Part shown: piece by piece, positions 1 to 8,998 of the stretch
Numbering within the stretch: position 1 is the stretch's first letter
Layout: every line of letters begins with the position of its first letter
DNA from: a candidate division FCPU426 bacterium
Lineage (GTDB): Bacteria > Oederibacteriota > Muellerivitia > Muellerivitales > Muellerivitaceae
Reading direction: 5' to 3'
Length of the DNA: 64,000 bases
NCBI GenBank assembly: GCA_963719085.1
Contig: CAVRAL010000004.1
Location: 320,001 to 384,000 of the forward strand
Program-made: the position numbers and the translations under genes
The notes under the pieces: generated by a model
The model's database searches: none
Told to the model about the DNA's origin: nothing
The model's input: the letters and a program-made list of their open reading frames with translations, nothing else

Positions 1-540
1 CACGCCCTTTTTTTCGCAAATTTCCCCCACTTCCGCCACCGGGGTCAGGTTCCCCGTCACGTTGGAGGCGTGGGTCAAGCAGACCAGTTTGGTATTGGGT
101 TTAAGCGCCTTTTCAAAATCGTAAGGATTTAAACGCCCATGCGCGTTGGCGGGAACAATCGTGTAATCAATCCCCCGGTCAGCCTTGAGCTTATTGAGGG
201 GCCGGATGACCGCGTTGTGCTCCAGGCTGGACAGCACCACATGGTCGCCCGTCTTTAAAAAACCCTTCAAGGCGGTATTGAGCGCCTCGGTGACATTTTT
301 GGTGAAAAGAATCCGGTCGGAGCGGGTCACGCCGAATAATTTGGCCAGTGCCGCCCGGGCGCCGTAAACCATCTCATTGGCGGCGATGCCCTTGCCATAG
401 GCGCCCCGGCCGTGTGACACGCCGATGTCCCCGGCGTAGCTCACCAGGGCCTTCAAAACTTGAGGCGGTTTTTGCCGGCTGGTTGCGGCGGCGTCCAAAT
501 AAATGGATTTTTGTTTTTTGGTTTTCACTTTAGGTTTCAT
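1..540 (-). CDS. Class V aminotransferase / cysteine desulfurase family protein (5' part; runs off the window start)
   Basis: Manual translation from ATG at 540: MKPK...IYLDAAATS..KP...FTKNVTEALN...GDHVVLSSLEHNAV...CLTHASNVTG, typical class V PLP motifs. Absent from the ORF track because it is truncated. Confidence 0.9.
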   Translation of the reverse strand, partial: MKPKVKTKKQKSIYLDAAATSRQKPPQVLKALVSYAGDIGVSHGRGAYGKGIAANEMVYGARAALAKLFGVTRSDRILFTKNVTEALNTALKGFLKTGDHVVLSSLEHNAVIRPLNKLKADRGIDYTIVPANAHGRLNPYDFEKALKPNTKLVCLTHASNVTGNLTPVAEVGEICEKKGV

Positions 541-608
541 GATCAGCTTTCTAGGATTCATCTTAAGGCGGGGGAATTCAAAAATCAAAAATCTTGGTTT
601 TTTTCTTC

Positions 609-629
609 CTTGGTGTCTTGGCGGTGAAA
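609..629. repeat. Solo arm of intergenic repeat family C (CTTGGTGTCTTGGCGGTGAAA)
   Basis: Matches the right arm of the inverted repeat at 47680-47700 with one mismatch. Confidence 0.7.
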
Positions 630-647
630 TCGGTTTTTGAATGCCTT

Positions 648-1043
648 CTAGCTCTCTTTGCTCTTGGGCATCTCCACGACTTTGCCTGTGTCTTCCATTT
701 GGCAGTTGCCCTCAAAAACCGCGCCCTCTTCAATGAGAAGCGAAGGCGTGGAAAGATCGCCTTCCACCCGGGCGGTGGATTGGAATTCCAGGCGCTGATA
801 AGCCGTCACATTGCCCTTCACCCGGCCGCCGATGACGACCGTTTTGGCCGAAACATTTCCGCGGATAAGTCCCTTGGGCCCGATAATGATACCGTCTTCG
901 CTCACGACGTTTCCGTAAATCTCGCCGTCCACCCGGATGCTGTGTTTGGAGTTATAGCTTCCGCGCAAGGAAGCGTCATTGCCGATGATGGTGTCCACGC
1001 GCCCGATTCCCTTGGCCGTCGGCCCGAAAGCGAAAATTCCCAT
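648..1043 (-). CDS. Bactofilin (polymer-forming cytoskeletal protein)
   Basis: TIIG...IRVDGEIYG...IIGPKGLIRGNV.AKTVVIGGRVKGNV...VEGDL..PSLLIEEGAVFEGNC repeats; ATG at 1043 after GAAGGA. Confidence 0.92.
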   Translation of the reverse strand: MGIFAFGPTAKGIGRVDTIIGNDASLRGSYNSKHSIRVDGEIYGNVVSEDGIIIGPKGLIRGNVSAKTVVIGGRVKGNVTAYQRLEFQSTARVEGDLSTPSLLIEEGAVFEGNCQMEDTGKVVEMPKSKES

Positions 1044-1082
1044 AAAAGTTCCTTCGTTCAAAATTTCAAACAATTTTTACAT

Positions 1083-1156
1083 TGATGGACGCAGATTAAG
1101 AAAAACAAGATCTCGCCGACTTCATCATCTTCATCCGCGTTCATCTGCGTCCATCA
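1083..1156. repeat. Intergenic inverted repeat, family A
   Basis: TGATGGACGCAGAT (1083-1096) and ATCTGCGTCCATCA (1143-1156) are a perfect 14-bp inverted pair. Confidence 0.85.
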
Positions 1157-1168
1157 TTGCTAATTGCC

Positions 1169-2125
1169 TTAGTCGACTTTGGGAAGATAAGGCATGGGAT
1201 CCACGGGAATTCCATGGATACGCACCTCATAATGACAATGGCTTCCCGTACTCATGCCGGTGGAGCCCATATAGCCGATCACCTGGCCCCGCGTCACCTC
1301 ATCGCCCACCTTCACCTCGACCCGGTTGCAATGACCGTAGCGGGTGCTGAAACCGTAACCGTGCTCGATCACGACCACCCGGCCATAACCGGATTCCCAT
1401 CCGGCGTAGGTCACCAATCCATCGGCGGTGGCGTGGATGGGCGTGTTGACCTCATTGGCGATATCCACCCCCATGTGCCGTCCCGGCTCCCCGGTGAGCG
1501 GGTTCATGCGCTTGCCGAATCCGGAGGTCACCCAACCCTTCACGGGCCAGATGGAAGGCGTGGCGGCCAAAATGGAGCGCTGTTTATCGAGGAAAAAACT
1601 GATCTGCTGGAAGCTGGCTTCCTGCTGGCTGGCTTCCTGGTTGGTTTGTTTTAAATCGGCCTGCACCTTGGTCAGAAGCTGCTCGTTTTTTTCTTCCAGT
1701 AATTTGGAGAACCGGGAAGAATCCTCTTCCGTGGGCCCCCCCATGCCGTCATAGGCGAGAATGGTTTTGCGGTCGCCCAACTTCAATAGTTTGCGGAACT
1801 GGGAATCCACGCCTGCCATGCTGGACAAAAGCTGTCGGTTGGTTTGAAGCTCATCGGTAATTTCATTCATGCTGGAGCGCATGTGCTCGTCATTGAGCCG
1901 GGCCAAATGGTAATCCACGTCCTGTCCGGTCAAGAAAAGGGCCCAAGCCAGCAAAGCGGCCAAACCCAACAAGCCGCCATGAATGACGCATAAATGGGTC
2001 TTGATATGAATGGATTTTTCCCCGTCGTGGGGGATGATCATGAAAGTGATTTTTTTCTTTAAGTAAGAGCGGATGGGATGCGGCATGAAGGTTGGAAAGA
2101 CTCCTGGTCGAGGGTTTTGGCTCAA
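1169..2125 (-). CDS. M23 family metallopeptidase with N-terminal TM and coiled coil
   Basis: PSIWPVKGWVTSGFG, HMGVD (HxxxD) and HCHYEV (HxH) motifs; start uncertain (2125 or 2086). Confidence 0.92.
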   Translation of the reverse strand: MSQNPRPGVFPTFMPHPIRSYLKKKITFMIIPHDGEKSIHIKTHLCVIHGGLLGLAALLAWALFLTGQDVDYHLARLNDEHMRSSMNEITDELQTNRQLLSSMAGVDSQFRKLLKLGDRKTILAYDGMGGPTEEDSSRFSKLLEEKNEQLLTKVQADLKQTNQEASQQEASFQQISFFLDKQRSILAATPSIWPVKGWVTSGFGKRMNPLTGEPGRHMGVDIANEVNTPIHATADGLVTYAGWESGYGRVVVIEHGYGFSTRYGHCNRVEVKVGDEVTRGQVIGYMGSTGMSTGSHCHYEVRIHGIPVDPMPYLPKVD

Positions 2126-2204
2126 CCACCAAAATAAATCGGGATGGTGGGCCTGTCAACGACGAACCCCCCATCCCATGGAAAAGGTTACCCTGAGGAG
2201 GGGT

Positions 2205-2939
2205 TTAAGCCTGGCGCCCGCCCGTTTTGATGAAACGATGGGCCTTTTCAAAAAGAATTTGACGGTCGTAATCCAGGGGGATCACGTGATCGGAGCGGTC
2301 CAGATAAATCAGGTGCTTGAGCTTCGATCCCAAGGCTTGGTAGACCAAGCCGCCATTGAGGGGCGGCACCATGGAATCTTTTCGCCCTTGAAGCACCAAG
2401 GCCGGCGCCGTGACATAAGGCAAATCCTCTTCCACGTGGCGCATCAATTTTTTCAGCTCGTAAAGACTTTTCGTCGCCAAATAGGGATAGGTCTCGTGCT
2501 TCGGCGCCGAAGAGTCCAATACTCCCCCGGCCAAATTAGACGTGCGCCATTGCAGAAACCTGAAAAAGGCGATGCCGTTAAACCGAAAATCAGGAATGCG
2601 GATCGGGGCCGCCATGGAAATCACCCCGGCCACTGGAAAATGCGCCGCCAAATGCAGCGCCTGGTCGGCGCCCATGGAAAGGCCCGCCAAATAAATTTTA
2701 GAGCAGCGGCGCCGTAAAACTTCTAAGGCTTCCCGCGCGCTTTGGGACCAATCCTGCCAGCGGGTCTTCGCCAAGTCTTGAGCCGACGTGCCATGACCCT
2801 TGAGCCAAGGCCCCAGCGTGGAATAACCCTTGGCGGCCAAATAATCGCCCAGCGGTTTTACCTCCGACGGCGCTCCGCTGAGTCCATGGAGCAGCAGAAT
2901 CCCGGTTTTTCCCTTGCGGGCCTCAAATCCAACGCGCAT
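2205..2939 (-). CDS. Carboxylesterase / alpha-beta hydrolase
   Basis: LLHGLSG oxyanion loop, GLSMG nucleophile elbow, GRKDSMV Asp, SDH His. Confidence 0.9.
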   Translation of the reverse strand: MRVGFEARKGKTGILLLHGLSGAPSEVKPLGDYLAAKGYSTLGPWLKGHGTSAQDLAKTRWQDWSQSAREALEVLRRRCSKIYLAGLSMGADQALHLAAHFPVAGVISMAAPIRIPDFRFNGIAFFRFLQWRTSNLAGGVLDSSAPKHETYPYLATKSLYELKKLMRHVEEDLPYVTAPALVLQGRKDSMVPPLNGGLVYQALGSKLKHLIYLDRSDHVIPLDYDRQILFEKAHRFIKTGGRQA

Positions 2940-2984
2940 CGGATGCTCCTTGTCTTAAGAACTGCCAGCAAAACCTTTTTACAT

Positions 2985-3058
2985 TGATGGACGCAGATGA
3001 ACGCAGATTTTCCGGAACATTCATTCGAACTTAAATCTGTGTTCATCTGCGTCCATCA
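2985..3058. repeat. Intergenic inverted repeat, family A
   Basis: TGATGGACGCAGATGAACGCAGATTT (2985-3010) pairs with AAATCTGTGTTCATCTGCGTCCATCA (3033-3058): 26 bp with one G-U. Confidence 0.9.
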
Positions 3059-3089
3059 TTGTTCAATGAATTTGAGTTTTATTGGGGCC

Positions 3090-3674
3090 TTAGCCTTTCG
3101 CGGCGGCGGCCGCGTCCATTTTCTCGATCTGCTGGATCGTGAATAAAATCTCGTCGTCCGTGGGCCGGTCCTGCGGATTTTGTCCCACGTACTTGAAACG
3201 GATTATTTTGGTGGGATCGATAATGACGACCGCGGGGCGGCTGATGTCTTTCCCATCGTGGCCCTGGGGATGCCGCACGCCGAAGGCGTCGATCAGCTTT
3301 AATTGGGTATCGGCCAAAAGCGGGAAAGGAAACCGCCATTGCTCATTGAAGGCCGCCGCGTCCTCGACCGGATCCACGCTCACGGCCGCGAGGGCCGCAT
3401 GCAGGGTTGAGAATTTCTCGAAATCATCCTTCAGGTTTAAAAGCTGGTTTTGGCAGGCCGAGCACCAATGGCCCCGGTAAAAAACGAGCACCAAATACCA
3501 TCCGGGTTGAAGATCGGTGGATTTAAAGAAACGGCCGTCGCAGTTCTCCAGGGTAAAATCCGGGCATTTTTGCCCCAGCCCCACCACGCCGGCGGTCGAG
3601 GAGACCGAGGAACTGGGGCCGCAACCCGCCAGTAATAGTGAGACCGCCGCCGCGAAAACGAGGGTACGCTTCAT
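3090..3674 (-). CDS. Peroxiredoxin-like (AhpC/TSA, redoxin) lipoprotein
   Basis: Lipobox LLAGC; PDFTL, FYRGHWCSAC (CxxC), AVSVD, FPLLAD, RPAVVIID. Confidence 0.85.
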   Translation of the reverse strand: MKRTLVFAAAVSLLLAGCGPSSSVSSTAGVVGLGQKCPDFTLENCDGRFFKSTDLQPGWYLVLVFYRGHWCSACQNQLLNLKDDFEKFSTLHAALAAVSVDPVEDAAAFNEQWRFPFPLLADTQLKLIDAFGVRHPQGHDGKDISRPAVVIIDPTKIIRFKYVGQNPQDRPTDDEILFTIQQIEKMDAAAAAKG

Positions 3675-3783
3675 AAGGATAAAACCTTTTAAGTCGGGAT
3701 TAAAAACGCGAAAGGATTTGGAAGCCCCGCGCTTTCTTCAAAACCTATTCTATCGCATCCCGGCGTTAAATTTTCAAAATCCG

Positions 3784-3813
3784 TTGACAAACCCCGGAAG
3801 CCCTCCCAATAAT
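3784..3813 (+). promoter_or_regulatory. Putative sigma70 promoter of leader peptide 1 (TTGACA-N18-AATAAT)
   Basis: Perfect -35 at 3784-3789, AATAAT at 3808-3813; same architecture as 8653-8682. Confidence 0.65.
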
Positions 3814-3849
3814 ATTTTTCGTTTCCGATCCGCTTCCAAGGCGCGTGGC

Positions 3850-4137
3850 ATGTTCCGATTCCGAAAAATTTCATTTTTCATCGCCTTGCTGGGCCTCACC
3901 GCCTTCGCGTCCCTTTCGGTGGCCGAAAACTTCCATCACCACGGCGACCTGGAAAGCCACGATGACTGCGCCATGTGCAGCTGGCAACAGGTCGATTCCA
4001 AGGCCACCGTCTCCGCCGCTCCCCCACAACTGATTCCGCTATTCGCGGTTTTGGTTTTAGAGATTGTTTCTTTCCCTTGGTTTTCCTTCCGGATGGTGCA
4101 AGCTTCCGGCAGGTCCCCCCCGGTTTCCATCGCTTAA
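3850..4137 (+). CDS. DUF2946/CruR-like metal-sensing leader peptide 1 (95 aa; HHH, CxxC, C-terminal GRSPP)
   Basis: C-terminal part of track ORF 3517..4137 from ATG 3850: hydrophobic N-terminus, ENFHHH, CAMC, GRSPP; colinear paralog at 8711..8998. Confidence 0.85.
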   Translation: MFRFRKISFFIALLGLTAFASLSVAENFHHHGDLESHDDCAMCSWQQVDSKATVSAAPPQLIPLFAVLVLEIVSFPWFSFRMVQASGRSPPVSIA

Positions 4138-4280
4138 ACTTCAATTGAGCGGGAAAACCGGGAACAGGTCTTTTTTAACCCTTTCCGTCTTTTCGTTTTA
4201 AAACCCTTAAAAGCTTGTTCCTGTTTCTTTTCCCCCGGAAACCACGCTTGCGCGTGGTTTCTAAATCCCTTTTTAATTTT
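4119..4280 (+). promoter_or_regulatory. Putative attenuator: alternative stems plus a 10-bp hairpin followed by T-rich tracts
   Basis: 4145-4162 can pair with 4119-4137, while the overlapping 4151-4168 can instead pair with 4214-4234; perfect hairpin GAAACCACGC-TTGC-GCGTGGTTTC at 4238-4261. Confidence 0.6.
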
Positions 4281-4355
4281 TAAATCGACCAAGACCGGCC
4301 TCGAGGTTCAAAAACCTTAAGGTTTGGCCCTAAATCCTATTTGGAGGATATTTCA

Positions 4356-6785
4356 ATGAGATTCGTTTCCCGATGGTTTTGGCTTTTGTTTCTGTGTTGG
4401 GGTTTTAATGTAAGCGTCGCCCGCGCGACAGTTGACGGCGCCATTTCAGGCACCGTTTTGGATGACAAAGGCGTCGCGGTGCCCAACGCGAAGGTGACGA
4501 TTACGGGCAACGGCACTGAAAAGGACGTGGTGTCTTCAGCGACAGGAACTTTCCAGGCCTTTCCCTTAACCCTGGGGGATTACCAGGTTCAAGTTCAAGC
4601 GGACGGCTTTAGCCCCTATCAAGAAACCGTCGCGGTTTCGGGCGGCACCTCGTCCCTGGCGGTGGTCTTGCTGCCATCCGGTGAGATGCAAATGACGGTG
4701 AAAGCCAAACATCTGGTCTCCTCCGCGCCCGACAGCAGCCGGGCGTTAAATAAAGATGATATCGCCCAACTGCCGGGAGGCTCCACGACGAACCTTCCGA
4801 AATTGCTTTATACCACCACAGCCGGATTCGTGGAGGGTGACTTCGGGCAAGTCTTTACCCGGGGCAACCACGCCAACTTGCAATACCAGATCGACGGCAT
4901 CCAATTGCCCGATTCGGTGGGCGGCTCCTTTGGGGAAGCCTTCACCCCGGTCAACATCGACCACATGGAAATTTTAACCGGCGGCCTCCAGCCGGAGTTC
5001 GGTTCCCGCATGGCCGGCGTGGTGAATATCGTCACCAAGTCGGGCGCGATCACTCCCGGCGGTGAAATCGGCCTCAGCTACGGTTCCTACAACCAGACCG
5101 CCGATTACGCCAGCTACGGAGGGTCTGACGCCTCCGGAGCTTTTCATTACTACCTCTCGGCCAATTCCTTTTCCACCGACCGCGGGTTGGACACTCCCGC
5201 GCCGGCCGACATCAACGCCGACCAGAATGGCGGGAGCGAACAGGCGGTCCATGACAAAAGCTACGGCACGGACGCTTTCTTGAAGCTTGATTGGGTGGCG
5301 GACAACTCCAACAAGTTTGACCTGATCGCCTTCAGCGAGGACAAATTTTTCCAAATCCCGGACTATCCCAGTTCCTTTGATCCGGGCGGACCCAACTTCC
5401 AGTATTTCCTCAGTTCGGGGGATATCTACGGGAACGTCGTGAACTACGTTCCTTCCACCACCAACGACACCCAAGCCGAAGCCAACAAGTACATTGAATT
5501 AGCTTGGCGGCATAACTTCGGCGACGATTCTTTCCTTCAAATAGCGCCCTATTGGAAGGAATCCAACATCACCTTCACCAACGATCCGCAGGACGATCTG
5601 GCGGCGGCCTATAACACGCAGATCCAGGATCAGAACTCGGGGACGCCGTTCAGTATTTCCTCTTTCTCCGAGGACCGCACCAGCGACAACTATGGGACGC
5701 AGGCGGATTACACCTGGCACGCGGACGCCAACAACCTGGTCAAGATCGGGGGACAGGCCCTTTTGACGCAATCTTCCGGCCCCGTTTCCGTTACGGAAGC
5801 CAATTTTGACGGAACCCCGGGAGATCCGATCACGGTGGATGGCAGTGGGGATAATTCTACCGATGTGGGTTACCAAGAAGGCCTGTACGTCCAGGACGAA
5901 ATGGATCTGGCCAAGGGGCTGGTCTTAAGCGGGGGCGTGCGCTTTGACGCCATCCAATTTACCTTCCCGGGAGCGAATTCCAACGACAGCATGCTGGAAC
6001 CCCGGGTCGGCCTCAGCCTGCTTCCGGCCGAAGGTACCAAGATCCATTTCTTTTACGGCAAGATGTTCATGCCGGCCCCGCCGGAGGATCTGCGGGACAC
6101 CTTCGTCAATTTGGGCCAAGGGAACAGTTTGACGCCTTACGACCTCAAGGCCGAGAAGGACGATTATTTCGAAACCGGAATCGCCCAGCAGGTGGACAAC
6201 CAACTGTTCACCTTGAACGCTTACTACAAATACGCGTTGAATATGCTGGATGAAAACCAGCTTTTGAACACGGCTATCGCCCAACCCTTCAACTTCGCCT
6301 CCGGCTACGCCTATGGCCTTGAATTTTCCATGCGCGGGGAACTGGCCAAGGACTGGACTGATTTCGCCAATTATTCCTACGAGATCGCTAAGGGGCAGGG
6401 AATCAGCGGCGGTATCTTCGCCTTCCCCCCGGGGACCGATTTCGAACCTGGCGTCTACCAGTTCCTGGACCATTGCCAAATCCACACAGCCAACGCCGGA
6501 TTGACCTATAACCCCGGTGATATTTGGCTCACCGCCGAAGGTCTTTTTGGAGGGGGTTTGAGCACCGGCCCGGACAACACCTTGAGACTGCCGTCCCATT
6601 TCACCATGGACGCCACGGTGGGTTACGCCTTTCAGAAAGACAGCGGCCTATCAGGGATGAAAGCCAGCCTGGACGCGCTGAATCTCTTTGATAACCCCTA
6701 CACCATCTTCGTCGCCAATGGTTACAACGGGAATCATTACGAAAACGGACGGGAATTCATCTTCCGTTTGGCCAAGGTGTTCTAA
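4356..6785 (+). CDS. TonB-dependent outer-membrane receptor with N-terminal carboxypeptidase-regulatory-like domain
   Basis: Signal peptide, ISGTVLDDKG..VPNAKV domain, plug motifs (YQIDG, ILTGG..PEFG....GVVNIVTK), NLFD and terminal Phe; RBS GGAGG before ATG 4356. Confidence 0.93.
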   Translation: MRFVSRWFWLLFLCWGFNVSVARATVDGAISGTVLDDKGVAVPNAKVTITGNGTEKDVVSSATGTFQAFPLTLGDYQVQVQADGFSPYQETVAVSGGTSSLAVVLLPSGEMQMTVKAKHLVSSAPDSSRALNKDDIAQLPGGSTTNLPKLLYTTTAGFVEGDFGQVFTRGNHANLQYQIDGIQLPDSVGGSFGEAFTPVNIDHMEILTGGLQPEFGSRMAGVVNIVTKSGAITPGGEIGLSYGSYNQTADYASYGGSDASGAFHYYLSANSFSTDRGLDTPAPADINADQNGGSEQAVHDKSYGTDAFLKLDWVADNSNKFDLIAFSEDKFFQIPDYPSSFDPGGPNFQYFLSSGDIYGNVVNYVPSTTNDTQAEANKYIELAWRHNFGDDSFLQIAPYWKESNITFTNDPQDDLAAAYNTQIQDQNSGTPFSISSFSEDRTSDNYGTQADYTWHADANNLVKIGGQALLTQSSGPVSVTEANFDGTPGDPITVDGSGDNSTDVGYQEGLYVQDEMDLAKGLVLSGGVRFDAIQFTFPGANSNDSMLEPRVGLSLLPAEGTKIHFFYGKMFMPAPPEDLRDTFVNLGQGNSLTPYDLKAEKDDYFETGIAQQVDNQLFTLNAYYKYALNMLDENQLLNTAIAQPFNFASGYAYGLEFSMRGELAKDWTDFANYSYEIAKGQGISGGIFAFPPGTDFEPGVYQFLDHCQIHTANAGLTYNPGDIWLTAEGLFGGGLSTGPDNTLRLPSHFTMDATVGYAFQKDSGLSGMKASLDALNLFDNPYTIFVANGYNGNHYENGREFIFRLAKVF

Positions 6786-6819
6786 AGCGAAAGGTTGGGT
6801 TTAAAAGCGACAAGGCAGC

Positions 6820-6846
6820 GCCGGTTGGGTTCAGAGCCCAACCGGC
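6820..6846 (+). terminator. Strong hairpin after the TonB receptor (terminator-like or mRNA-stabilising)
   Basis: GCCGGTTGGG (6820-6829) / CCCAACCGGC (6837-6846); no clean U-tract follows. Confidence 0.45.
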
Positions 6847-6991
6847 ATCTTGCCCTTCTATAAAAAAATAAATTGATAGGCAGGTATCCCTTTAGGGGTT
6901 GCCGTTTTCAAAATCCAGATTCAGCGTCATTTTTGGGTACCACCCATATGACGCCGGATGTGGTTTTTGATAACAATCAAAAGGAAAAGAA

Positions 6992-7627
6992 ATGGAACAG
7001 ATTTTCGACGGTTTTAAATTTATCTTCCGGGGCGGCTTCATGATGCTTCCCCTGCTGGCCTCCTCCCTGATCGCCCTAACGGTCATCATCGATCGTTGGA
7101 AGGTTTTCCAAAAGCAATACAAGACGCCCGAGGGCTTCCTGCTCAGGGTGTTGAAAAAAATAAGGGAAGGCAACGTGGCTGAGGCCCAAAAGGATTGTGA
7201 TGGAAAGGCCTTCCCCGTAGCGGCGGTTTTGAAAGCGGGGATCACAAACCTCAAGAGTCCCGCCGCCGAAATGGAAATCGCCATGAAGAACGAGGCCGAA
7301 AGCTGGATTCCGGTTTTGGAAAAAAGGATTCATGTCCTGGATACCATCATCACCATCGCTCCCCTGATGGGCCTCTTGGGAACTATCCTGGGAATGATGG
7401 GCTCCTTCAAGGTGCTGACCCAAAGCGGGGTGGACGACCCCTATTCGATCACCGGCGGCATCGCCGAGGCCTTGATCGCCACGGCCACCGGCATCATCAT
7501 CGCCGTGCTTTGCGTGATCGCGATGAATTATTTCAACACCCTGGTCAAAAACCTGATTTACGAGATGGAGTCGGCGGCCTCCTACCTGCAGGAAACCCGC
7601 ATGGGCTTTGAACGGGGTAAAAAATAA
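6992..7627 (+). CDS. exbB: ExbB/TolQ/MotA proton channel
   Basis: GGFMMLPL, TIITIAPLMGLLGTILGM, GGIAEALIATATG. Confidence 0.92.
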   Translation: MEQIFDGFKFIFRGGFMMLPLLASSLIALTVIIDRWKVFQKQYKTPEGFLLRVLKKIREGNVAEAQKDCDGKAFPVAAVLKAGITNLKSPAAEMEIAMKNEAESWIPVLEKRIHVLDTIITIAPLMGLLGTILGMMGSFKVLTQSGVDDPYSITGGIAEALIATATGIIIAVLCVIAMNYFNTLVKNLIYEMESAASYLQETRMGFERGKK

Positions 7628-8037
7628 TGCAGGTACGGCAAAAACCCATCAAACGAATCCGGATTGAGATCATCCCCATGATCGACGTCATTTTTTTCCT
7701 GTTGGTTTTTTTCATGGTGACTTCCCTGGCCATGACCCGCATCAACAGCATCAAGGTAGTGCTCCCGAAGACTTCAGGAAAAGCGGAAAATCCCCGGCAG
7801 AACGTCATCTTGACGGTGAAAAAAGACGGCTCCCTGCTCATTAACAAAACGCCTGTGACCTTAGACACCTTGGGAAGCCAGTTGGTGAGCGTGATGCAGG
7901 CCGACCCCCAAGGCGTGGTCATCGTGAACGCCGACGAGGGCGCCCCCTATGGCCAAGTCGTTCAAGCCATGCAAAAGGCCAAGGACGCCGGAGTACGGAA
8001 ATTCGCGTTGGCCGCAGAAGCCGGGGAAGGAAAATAA
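7627..8037 (+). CDS. exbD: ExbD/TolR biopolymer transporter
   Basis: IEIIPMIDVIFFLLVFFMV; NADEGAPYGQVV. Confidence 0.93.
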   Translation: MQVRQKPIKRIRIEIIPMIDVIFFLLVFFMVTSLAMTRINSIKVVLPKTSGKAENPRQNVILTVKKDGSLLINKTPVTLDTLGSQLVSVMQADPQGVVIVNADEGAPYGQVVQAMQKAKDAGVRKFALAAEAGEGK

Positions 8038-8039
8038 CC

Positions 8040-8615
8040 ATGCCGATAATCCGCCTGGATTCAAATACGGAACCTCTCGTCCGGTCAGCCGGACTCGCCA
8101 TCGGCGTGGAATTTCTTTTTTTTCTGGCTCTAGGGCTAGGTCATTTGTCCCTTTTTCATAACCGCTTCGACGACGCGGTGGATGCCCAAATCGTGCAGTT
8201 ATCCGACGCTCATTTGTCCGGAGCCCAAGCCACTAGTCCCGATGATGATGTGGTTTTTAACCCCCGGCACAAACCCAAGCCGGCCAAGAAACCAACCCCT
8301 CCCAAAACCGAGCAAAACCAAGTGGACGCGGGCCCAGACCTGGGGCCCACCCACGGGCCAGTCGCGCTCTACGCGCCCCAACCCGTCATCCCCTCCTATT
8401 TAAGGGATCAAAACCTGAAGACCAGCGTGGTGATTGAATTTTTGGTCACAGCGCAAGGCCAAGTCACTTGCCGGCTTTTGGAATCCAGCGGGAGCGACGA
8501 GCTCGACGCCTTGTCGATCCAAACCGCCGAAAAATGGCGGTTCAAGCCCGCCGCCCAGGACAATGTACCCCTCGATTCCAAAACCCGATTGCGCATTTTA
8601 TTTGAGGTGGATTAA
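8040..8615 (+). CDS. tonB: Energy transducer TonB
   Basis: TM segment with His, Pro/Lys-rich linker, TonB C-domain (SSGSDELD...KWRFKPA); follows exbBD. Confidence 0.85.
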   Translation: MPIIRLDSNTEPLVRSAGLAIGVEFLFFLALGLGHLSLFHNRFDDAVDAQIVQLSDAHLSGAQATSPDDDVVFNPRHKPKPAKKPTPPKTEQNQVDAGPDLGPTHGPVALYAPQPVIPSYLRDQNLKTSVVIEFLVTAQGQVTCRLLESSGSDELDALSIQTAEKWRFKPAAQDNVPLDSKTRLRILFEVD

Positions 8616-8652
8616 CCCTGTTTTTCACTCAACCCATGGTCCGTCCGCCGGA

Positions 8653-8682
8653 TTGACAGTGCCAGCTCCGCCCTCTAATAAT
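8653..8682 (+). promoter_or_regulatory. Putative sigma70 promoter of leader peptide 2 (TTGACA-N18-AATAAT)
   Basis: TTGACA 8653-8658, AATAAT 8677-8682; GCCCTC in the spacer as in the first copy. Confidence 0.65.
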
Positions 8683-8710
8683 GGCCCCCATCCAGAACTG
8701 GAAGAGGGCC

Positions 8711-8998
8711 ATGCGCGGTTTCAAACGTTCTTTTTTAAGATGGGGAATTTTATTTTTCCTTCCCTTCCTGATTTCAATCATGACCGTGGAAACATCCCAC
8801 CATCACAGCCCTCTGGAACCCCAGGACAACTGCTCCATTTGTAGTTGCCAGCAAACTGGTTCCCAAGCCGCCACCTTGCCACTGCCGCCGACATTGCTTC
8901 CAACCTTTATCACGGGTTTATTACTTCTAACTTTTTCTTTTATCATTCCCCCGTCCCTCATATCCTCCACGGGCAGGTCCCCGCCCGTCCTCCTGTAA
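8711..8998 (+). CDS. DUF2946/CruR-like metal-sensing leader peptide 2 (95 aa; HHH, CxxC, C-terminal GRSPP)
   Basis: ATG 8711 after GAAGAGGG; hydrophobic N-terminus, ETSHHH, CSIC, GRSPP; same length and spacing as 3850..4137. Confidence 0.85.
   Translation: MRGFKRSFLRWGILFFLPFLISIMTVETSHHHSPLEPQDNCSICSCQQTGSQAATLPLPPTLLPTFITGLLLLTFSFIIPPSLISSTGRSPPVLL

Noticed and set aside
3517..3849. N-terminal 111 aa of track ORF 3517..4137
   Set aside because: Overlaps the divergent redoxin gene and the promoter; the paralog alignment supports the ATG at 3850.
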